64,000 bases of DNA, from NCBI GenBank assembly GCA_016296635.1, contig JAEDIZ010000001.1, forward strand, positions 6,002 through 70,001. Reading direction: 5' to 3'. Positions 57,652 to 64,000 of the stretch are shown here, piece by piece. A program made the translations under genes and the position numbers. Under the pieces are notes generated by a model. The model was not told the DNA's origin and searched no databases. It worked only from the letters and a program-made list of their open reading frames with translations. Position 1 is the stretch's first letter, and every line of letters starts with the position of its first letter. The stretch comes from Oscillospiraceae bacterium. Its GTDB lineage: Bacteria > Bacillota > Clostridia > Oscillospirales > Oscillospiraceae.

Positions 57652-58980
57652 ATGCTGCCGGAAGGATTTACCGCGCGGATGCAGACGCTTCTGCAGGAGG
57701 AATATGACGCCTTTCAGGCAAGCTATGACCGGCCGCGCAATGTCGGTCTGCGCATGAATCCGCTGAAAAACGCAGCAGCACCGGAAGGCTTCGGCCTGAT
57801 GAGCGTTCCCTGGTGCAAAACCGGATTCTACTATGATCCCGAAACGAGACCCGGCCTGTCTGCGCTGCATGAAGCCGGACTCTATTATCTGCAGGAACCC
57901 AGCGCCATGGCGCCCGCCATGCTGCTTGATGCCCGTCCCGGCGAAACGGTGCTGGACTTATGCGCCGCCCCCGGCGGCAAGACTACGCAGATTGCAGGAG
58001 GGCTGCAGGGCAAGGGGCTTCTCGTCTGCAGCGAGATCAACCCCAAGCGCGCCCAGATTCTTTCACAGAATGTGGAGCGGCTGGGGATCGCGAACGCGCT
58101 GGTTCTGAACGAGCATCCGAAAAATCTCGAAAAGCGTTTTGCTGCTTTTTTCGATAAAATTCTCGTGGACGCTCCCTGCTCCGGCGAGGGTATGTTCCGC
58201 AAAGAAGAGGCCGCCGTCACGGACTGGTCGGAGCAGACTGTTTCCATGTGCGCCGACCGGCAGCTGGAGATTTTGCGTTCGGCTGCAAAGATGCTGAAAC
58301 CCGGCGGCACGATGGTCTATTCCACCTGCACCTTTTCCCCGCAGGAAAATGAGGGCGCAATTTCCGCCTTTCTGCACGATGCGCCGGACTTCTCGATTGA
58401 GAAAATCGATTGCCCGTGGTTCTGCCCCGGCAGACCGGACTGGATTGAAAATCCCGCGCCCGGCATTGAAAACACCTTCCGCCTTTGGCCGCATAAGCTG
58501 CGCGGCGAGGGGCATTTTGCCGCCGTGCTGAAAAAAAGCGGCACGCCGGAGGATCCATTCTATAAGACCGAGTCTTCGCAGAAAATGCCCAAGGAGCTGA
58601 CCGGCTTCTGCCGGGATGCCGGAATTACACTTCCGCAGGGACTGCTGATCGCCTTCGGCGAGCGGCTGTTCCTCGCACCGGAAAACCTGCCGGAATTGAA
58701 GGGACTCAAGGTTCTGCGCGCAGGACTGGAGCTGGGCAGTCTGCTCAAAAACCGATTTGAACCGGCGCATGCGCTTTCCCATTGGTTACAGGAAGCTGCG
58801 AGTATGGCTGATTTTGCGCCGGATGATCCGCTCATCCGCAAATACATGGCAGGAGAAGCCATCCCCGGCGGGCAAGTCGGCTGGACACTCGTCCGCGTCG
58901 GCGGAATTCCGCTCGGCTGGGCAAAGGGCTCCGGCGGACAGCTGAAGAATCATTATCCGAAAGGTCTGCGAAGAGTGTAA
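57652..58980 (+). CDS. RsmF/NOL1/NOP2/Sun family RNA C5-methyltransferase
   Basis: YYLQEPSAM, DLCAAPGGKT, DAPCSGEG, YSTCTF, KNHYPKGLR. Confidence 0.92.
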   Translation: MLPEGFTARMQTLLQEEYDAFQASYDRPRNVGLRMNPLKNAAAPEGFGLMSVPWCKTGFYYDPETRPGLSALHEAGLYYLQEPSAMAPAMLLDARPGETVLDLCAAPGGKTTQIAGGLQGKGLLVCSEINPKRAQILSQNVERLGIANALVLNEHPKNLEKRFAAFFDKILVDAPCSGEGMFRKEEAAVTDWSEQTVSMCADRQLEILRSAAKMLKPGGTMVYSTCTFSPQENEGAISAFLHDAPDFSIEKIDCPWFCPGRPDWIENPAPGIENTFRLWPHKLRGEGHFAAVLKKSGTPEDPFYKTESSQKMPKELTGFCRDAGITLPQGLLIAFGERLFLAPENLPELKGLKVLRAGLELGSLLKNRFEPAHALSHWLQEAASMADFAPDDPLIRKYMAGEAIPGGQVGWTLVRVGGIPLGWAKGSGGQLKNHYPKGLRRV

Positions 58981-59006
58981 GAACATTTTGCGGGGCGCAG
59001 AAAAAA

Positions 59007-59445
59007 GCCTTCCCCACCGGGGAAGGTGGCGCGGAGCGCCGGATGAGGGTCAACCCCACGCCATTGGCGTGGTAAAAAATCGAAAATCATAGGAAACGGA
59101 TTCTGACTCGCTAAGAGCCGCCCTGCGGGCGGTTGCTCGCTGGATGCCGCTGCGGCGGCGATGCCGCGCCAGTGTGCACGCAAGCTCAGAATGACACCGT
59201 TTCCTGGTTTCTGCGTATGGAATATCGGACGGCAGGGGCAAGCCCCTGCCCTACAAAAAACATTACCGTAGGGGCGGGCATCGCCCGCCCGACAGTATCA
59301 AAAATTTTGCAAAAGCCGCAAACTTGCAGGTGCCGACCTCTCCGCCTCGCGACTGCTCGGCAACTCCCCTGAAAGGGGAGGCAGGATTCACGTATCCGAT
59401 GAAATGCCGCACCTGTAGGGAACGCTGTCCGCAGCGTTCTACCCA
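59007..59445. repeat. Palindrome cluster 8 with a reverse composite module (59160-59254)
   Basis: CCTTCCCC/GGGGAAGG unit 59007-59052, reverse module, further GTAG units, CCTCTCCG family unit 59336-59382. Confidence 0.8.
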
Positions 59446-59486
59446 GCAAGCATAAAAATCACCCCCAAAAAGGAGGATTTCATACC

Positions 59487-60188
59487 ATGGAAGAAAAGAA
59501 AACCGTACTGATCGTCGAGGACGAACGGGCGATCGTGGAAATTCTGAAATTTAATCTCATGCGTGAGGGCTACAACACGCTCGAGGCACTGGATGGCGAG
59601 GCGGGACTGAATCTTGCGCAGACCGCCGACCCCGATCTTATTCTGCTGGATGTGATGCTGCCCAAGATGAACGGCTTCGAGATCTGCAGCCGTCTGCGTG
59701 AGGGCGGCTTCGCCATGCCCATCATCATGCTGACCGCCCGCGAGGAGGAAGCCGACAAGGTGTTCGGGCTGGAATCCGGCGCGGACGACTACATGACCAA
59801 GCCCTTCTCCATGCGCGAGCTGATGGCTCGCGTCAAGGCCAACATCCGCCGTCGTTCCTTCGATCTCGGCGCCCGCGCCTCGGCAGGAGTGCTGGTGGAA
59901 GCCTGTGGCATCGTGATCGACCCCGCCACCTTCTCCGTTTCCAAGGACGGCGAAAGCGTCGATCTGACGCAGAAGGAATACGATCTGCTGCTCTACCTCA
60001 TCAAGGAGCGCGGCAAGGTCTTTACAAGAGAGGATCTCATGCAGAAGGTCTGGAACTATGACTATTTCGGCGATATGCGCACCGTGGATGTGACTGTCCG
60101 CCGTCTGCGCGAGAAGATCGAGGCGGATCCCGGCAAGCCGGAGCGCATCATGACCAAGCGCGGCGTGGGCTACTATTTCGCTCCCTGA
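59487..60188 (+). CDS. OmpR-family response regulator, WalR-like
   Basis: LIVEDE, LLDVMLP, KPF, RTVDVTVRRLREKIE, KRGVGY. Confidence 0.9.
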   Translation: MEEKKTVLIVEDERAIVEILKFNLMREGYNTLEALDGEAGLNLAQTADPDLILLDVMLPKMNGFEICSRLREGGFAMPIIMLTAREEEADKVFGLESGADDYMTKPFSMRELMARVKANIRRRSFDLGARASAGVLVEACGIVIDPATFSVSKDGESVDLTQKEYDLLLYLIKERGKVFTREDLMQKVWNYDYFGDMRTVDVTVRRLREKIEADPGKPERIMTKRGVGYYFAP

Positions 60189-60227
60189 CGCCTTATCCCT
60201 GCAAATTTCCGACTAAGGGGGTATCCT

Positions 60228-61976
60228 ATGCGATCGTTACGCATGAAAATGGTCATGATCATGGTCATTCTGATTTTGGCCCTGATGACCGTCATCGGCG
60301 CGTTTCTGATGACCGGCGTCAGCAACTTCTATATCTCCCAGTTCTATGTGCAGATGGAAAGAACCTTCTCGCCGGAGTTCATCCAGCGCCTGCAGACAAT
60401 CGCCGCGCAGGAGGACGCCTCTTTACAGATGAAGGAGCTTCTCATGGCGCAGGCAGGACTTTCCATCGACATCAACACCCGCAATGTCTATATTCTCGAT
60501 GACATGGGGCAGGTCTTGGAAAGCTCCGATCAGAAAAACGACGTTGCGATCACGCAGAATGTGCTGTCGGCCATGAATGGGGAAGTCGGTCAGACCAGTT
60601 CCGTGACCGACGACTTCATGGATCTTGCTGTGCCGGTGGACGGCGGCGAGATGCGCTACATTGCCTATATCGTGGACAACCGCGCCACCGTGGACGCGCT
60701 GACCGGCGAGCTTCTGACCATCATCATCCGCGCGCTGGCCCTCGGCCTTCTGATCTGTATTGTGCTTTCATTCCTGCTGGCGCGGATTCTGATTACGCCG
60801 ATTCAGGCGCTGACCGTCGGCACAAAGCAGGTCGCTGCCGGTGATTATACCCAGCGCATCGAAGTCGACAGCAACGATGAGATCGGCACGCTGACCCGGA
60901 ACTTCAACTACATGGCGAAGGTTCTGGAGGACACCATTTCCGAAGCCGAAAACGAGCGCAACAAGCTCTCCACACTTTTCCTGCACATGACGGACGGCGT
61001 GGTGGCATTCTCCGCAAGCGGCGCTCTGATCCACTCCAATCCCGCCGCAACGCAGATGCTGCAGCGGTCCATCGATCCCACCACCACCTTTGACGAGATT
61101 TTCGGCACGGAGGCGGAACTTGACACGCTGCTGACACTCAAGAAGCCCCAGTATCTTGAGGCGCAGAAAACCGCCGGAGACCGGGAGCTGGAGCTTTTCA
61201 TGGCGCCCTTCTCCGCCGATCAGACCGACGGCGGCGTCATGGTCGTCATCCACGATGTCACTGAGCAGCGGCGCAGCGAGCAGCTCCGGCGCGAATTTGT
61301 CGCCAATGTTTCCCATGAGCTGCGTACCCCGCTGACCAATATCAAATCCTACGCGGAAACCATCCAGTCCGCCGGCGATGAGCTGCCGAAGGATTTACAT
61401 GATCACTTCATGGGCGTCATCATCGGCGAGGCCGACCGCATGACACGCATCGTGCAGGATCTTCTGACCCTCAGCCGCATTGACTACGGAAAGATGGAAA
61501 TGAACATTTCCCGGTTTTCCTTTGCCGCCGCCGTGCAGCATGTCTATGAGGCCTCGAAGCTCAATGCCGAGCAAAACCACGGCCACACGCTGCTGTTCAC
61601 CTGCGAGGAAAACATCCCCGATGTCAATGGCGACCGGGAGCGCATCGAGCAGGTCATCACCAACATTGTTTCCAACTCCATCAAGTACACACCCGACGGC
61701 GGCCGTATCGAGATCGCTGTCGGCAGAGCCGGGGCCGGCGTTTTCGTCCGCGTCAGCGACAACGGCATCGGTATCCCGGAAAAGGATCTGCCGCGGCTGT
61801 TTGACCGCTTCTACCGCGTGGACAAGGCGCGCTCTCGCGAATCCGGCGGCACGGGTCTCGGCCTTTCCATCGCCAAGGAGATTCTCAATCAGCACAAGGG
61901 CGATATCCGCATCGAATCCGAGTACGGCAAGGGCACCATCGTGACCATCACGCTGCCCGCTGCTCTGAATCCGTAG
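60228..61976 (+). CDS. Sensor histidine kinase (TM-HAMP-PAS-HisKA-HATPase), WalK-like
   Basis: HMTDGVVA, HDVTEQ, FVANVSHELRTPL, FYRVDKARSR, GGTGLGL. Confidence 0.9.
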   Translation: MRSLRMKMVMIMVILILALMTVIGAFLMTGVSNFYISQFYVQMERTFSPEFIQRLQTIAAQEDASLQMKELLMAQAGLSIDINTRNVYILDDMGQVLESSDQKNDVAITQNVLSAMNGEVGQTSSVTDDFMDLAVPVDGGEMRYIAYIVDNRATVDALTGELLTIIIRALALGLLICIVLSFLLARILITPIQALTVGTKQVAAGDYTQRIEVDSNDEIGTLTRNFNYMAKVLEDTISEAENERNKLSTLFLHMTDGVVAFSASGALIHSNPAATQMLQRSIDPTTTFDEIFGTEAELDTLLTLKKPQYLEAQKTAGDRELELFMAPFSADQTDGGVMVVIHDVTEQRRSEQLRREFVANVSHELRTPLTNIKSYAETIQSAGDELPKDLHDHFMGVIIGEADRMTRIVQDLLTLSRIDYGKMEMNISRFSFAAAVQHVYEASKLNAEQNHGHTLLFTCEENIPDVNGDRERIEQVITNIVSNSIKYTPDGGRIEIAVGRAGAGVFVRVSDNGIGIPEKDLPRLFDRFYRVDKARSRESGGTGLGLSIAKEILNQHKGDIRIESEYGKGTIVTITLPAALNP

Positions 61977-62123
61977 GCGCACCTTCATGTCGATTGGATT
62001 GGCGTACGGAATATCGGCTTTCCGCGCCTGCGGCGTGGGAATGACCCTCATCCGTCAGCGCTTTGCGCTGCCACCTTCCCCAAGGGGACGGCTTCTGCGG
62101 CGCGATGATCAATCGCGCCCTAC
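61973..62123. repeat. Palindrome cluster 9 inside the walRK-yycHI-like locus
   Basis: Reverse linker GCGTACGGAATATCG, CCCTCATCCG..CCACCTTCCCC unit 62042-62092, reverse GTAG unit ending 62123. Confidence 0.75.
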
Positions 62124-62176
62124 AATAGTTTACCAATGAAACAAATGATCAAAAAGCCGTGAAAGGAGGCTCGTCC

Positions 62177-63448
62177 ATGGGAAGAAAAATACTGGAAACC
62201 CTCAAAAGCATCATCCTCGTGCTTCTTGCCGCGGCGATCCTCGTTCTGACGGTTCTGGCGCTGCCGGTCAAAACCCTGCGGCAGACGCCGTGGCTTGCAC
62301 GGTTGGTCAAGCCCATCGCCTCTTATGTCGGTCTGAGCGAGGCGGAGCTGACCTACACCGCCGCGGGCTCCGCCGTGCTTCCCGGTGCGGCGCAGCCTCT
62401 GCTGATCTCCGTCATGCAGGAAACCGGCAGACAGAGCTTCCAATATGATTTTTCCGCGCTGGACGCCGCTTTTGAGCAGTACGGCAGCGCGCTTGGTCAG
62501 GCGCTGGACTCCGCTGATGTGCTGCAGCCGGCAGAGCAGGAGGATTTTCTCCGGGCGCTCGGCGGCACCGGCATCGTTTTCCGCTATCCTTCGCCGCTTT
62601 CTCCCGCGCTGACCGCCGCATGGCTCGGCGCGCAGGCGCCCGATCTGCAGTCGCCTGCGGACTGGTATCTGCTGGCGCCGGAGGGCGATACGGTGCGGCT
62701 TTATCTGATGGGGGAGGAGATCTTTTCCGCTTCCACAAGGCTTCCGTCCCAGCAGCTTGAAACGCTGATGCAGGGCAGCATGCCGGACGGCAGCTTCTTC
62801 GCGTTTGAGGATAGCTCCGGAAAATACACCCGGCTCGACGGACTGTCGCTCATTCAGCCGCGCATGCCGCAGATTTTGACAGCCGCAGCGCAAAATCCCT
62901 GCGAGGCCCGCTATATCGCTTCCATGGCAGCGCTTCTCGGCTTCAACCCTTACGGTGACGCCCGCTTTGTAGACTCCGACGGTACCACCAGCTTTTCCGA
63001 GCCGGGCAGCACCTTGTCCGTTTCCGCGCAGGGTGTCGTTACGCTGCGCTGCGACGCTGCGCAGTCCCGTTTCCTTGCTGCCTCCACGGCGCAGGATGCG
63101 CGTGTGGAAGCCGCCCGCGCCCTTCTTTCGCAGATCGCCGCCTCGACCGGGGATGCCCGGCTCTATCTGTGCGGCTATGAGGAACAGGGCAATGACGCCG
63201 TCTGCCGCTTCAGCTATTATCTGTCCGGCGCAAAGATTTCGCAAAGCGGAAAAACCGCCGAGGTGCGCTTCTCCGGCAATGCCGTTTCGCAGGCGCAGAT
63301 CCAGCTTCGAAGCTACACGCTTTCTGACCAGTCTGTCTATCTGCTTCCCGCTGCGCAGGCCGCTGCCATCGTTCAAAAGGGCAGTATGTTGGAGGTTCTG
63401 TACGCAGACACCGGTGAGGATGCGCTGCAGGTCAACTGGAGAGCCTGA
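62177..63448 (+). CDS. Membrane-anchored protein, YycH/WalH-like by position and architecture
   Basis: AAAGGAGG RBS; ETLKSIILVLL TM then ~390-aa extracytoplasmic domain; follows walK-like gene. Confidence 0.6.
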   Translation: MGRKILETLKSIILVLLAAAILVLTVLALPVKTLRQTPWLARLVKPIASYVGLSEAELTYTAAGSAVLPGAAQPLLISVMQETGRQSFQYDFSALDAAFEQYGSALGQALDSADVLQPAEQEDFLRALGGTGIVFRYPSPLSPALTAAWLGAQAPDLQSPADWYLLAPEGDTVRLYLMGEEIFSASTRLPSQQLETLMQGSMPDGSFFAFEDSSGKYTRLDGLSLIQPRMPQILTAAAQNPCEARYIASMAALLGFNPYGDARFVDSDGTTSFSEPGSTLSVSAQGVVTLRCDAAQSRFLAASTAQDARVEAARALLSQIAASTGDARLYLCGYEEQGNDAVCRFSYYLSGAKISQSGKTAEVRFSGNAVSQAQIQLRSYTLSDQSVYLLPAAQAAAIVQKGSMLEVLYADTGEDALQVNWRA

Positions 63449-63481
63449 CGGAGCATACATTTTGGAAAAGAGGATTGATTT

Positions 63482-64000
63482 ATGTCTGCATCCAGGATCA
63501 AAAACTTAATACTGCTGATCCTGCTGCTGACAGTTGTCTGCCTTCTGATCGCCGTTGTGCCCATCAGATATGCGCAGGTTCAGAGCCGCCGTGCGGAAAA
63601 TGAGCAGCTTTCGCTGCTGCTGGCACAGTATGACATTGCGCTGGATCCCGACATCATTCCGGAGAGCGAGATCCTCTACTCCGTAGAGCTGGCGCAGAGC
63701 GAGCCTTCCGCCGCCGCAGCGGCGCTTTTGGGGCAGGACGCCGTGAAAACAGAGGATTCCACCCGCTACGAAAGCACCTTTACCGGTGCTGCCGGTTCCG
63801 TGAGCTTTGCAACCGGCGGCGCTATTTCCGCCGAGATCATCGGGCGCGAGCGCACCGGCAATGTGGAAAGGGATGCCCGGAAGGTGCTGCGCGCCATCGG
63901 TTTCCAACCGGATACGCTGCAGACCGTCCGCAGTGCAGGCGGCGAATACACCGTCACCGCCACGCAGAGCCTGCTCGGCACCGCCGTTTTTTCTGACGGA
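63482..64000 (+). CDS. Membrane-anchored protein, YycI/WalI-like, runs off the window
   Basis: Not in ORF track; MSASRIKNLILLILLLTVVCLLIAVVPIRY...; GAGGA RBS. Confidence 0.6.
   Translation, partial: MSASRIKNLILLILLLTVVCLLIAVVPIRYAQVQSRRAENEQLSLLLAQYDIALDPDIIPESEILYSVELAQSEPSAAAAALLGQDAVKTEDSTRYESTFTGAAGSVSFATGGAISAEIIGRERTGNVERDARKVLRAIGFQPDTLQTVRSAGGEYTVTATQSLLGTAVFSDG

Overview
GC-rich chromosomal core region of a spore-forming Clostridia bacterium (Oscillospiraceae-like; taxonomy is inference). It is probably origin-proximal: two parS sites, parAB, mnmG and rpmH-rnpA-yidD-yidC-jag are present, but dnaA and any DnaA-box cluster are not. About 55 mostly housekeeping, cell-envelope and sporulation genes are present (rlmD, lexA, parAB, serS, mscL, mnmG, feoAB, blaI/blaR1-like, lpdA, birA/bioY, rny, ung, pgk, tpiA, dnaD/dnaC-like, maf-mreCD-PBP, lepA, hemW, murA, walRK-yycHI-like). 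No transposase, prophage or CRISPR array was seen. The most notable non-genic signals are: (1) an apparently independent ~350-nt highly structured RNA candidate at 23165-23522, with a forespore SigG/SigF-like promoter, its own terminator and a stem resembling SRP RNA helix 5 but no SRP54/Ffh-binding loop; (2) nine intergenic mosaics of palindromic REP-like modules, including a conserved ~100-bp composite unit with compensatory base changes; (3) a ~185-bp structured element present twice; (4) a compact 6S-like RNA upstream of dnaD-dnaC. Operators matching ParB, LexA, DtxR-family, BlaI and BirA consensus sites are visible. All calls come from reading the sequence and the ORF track, with no database searches.
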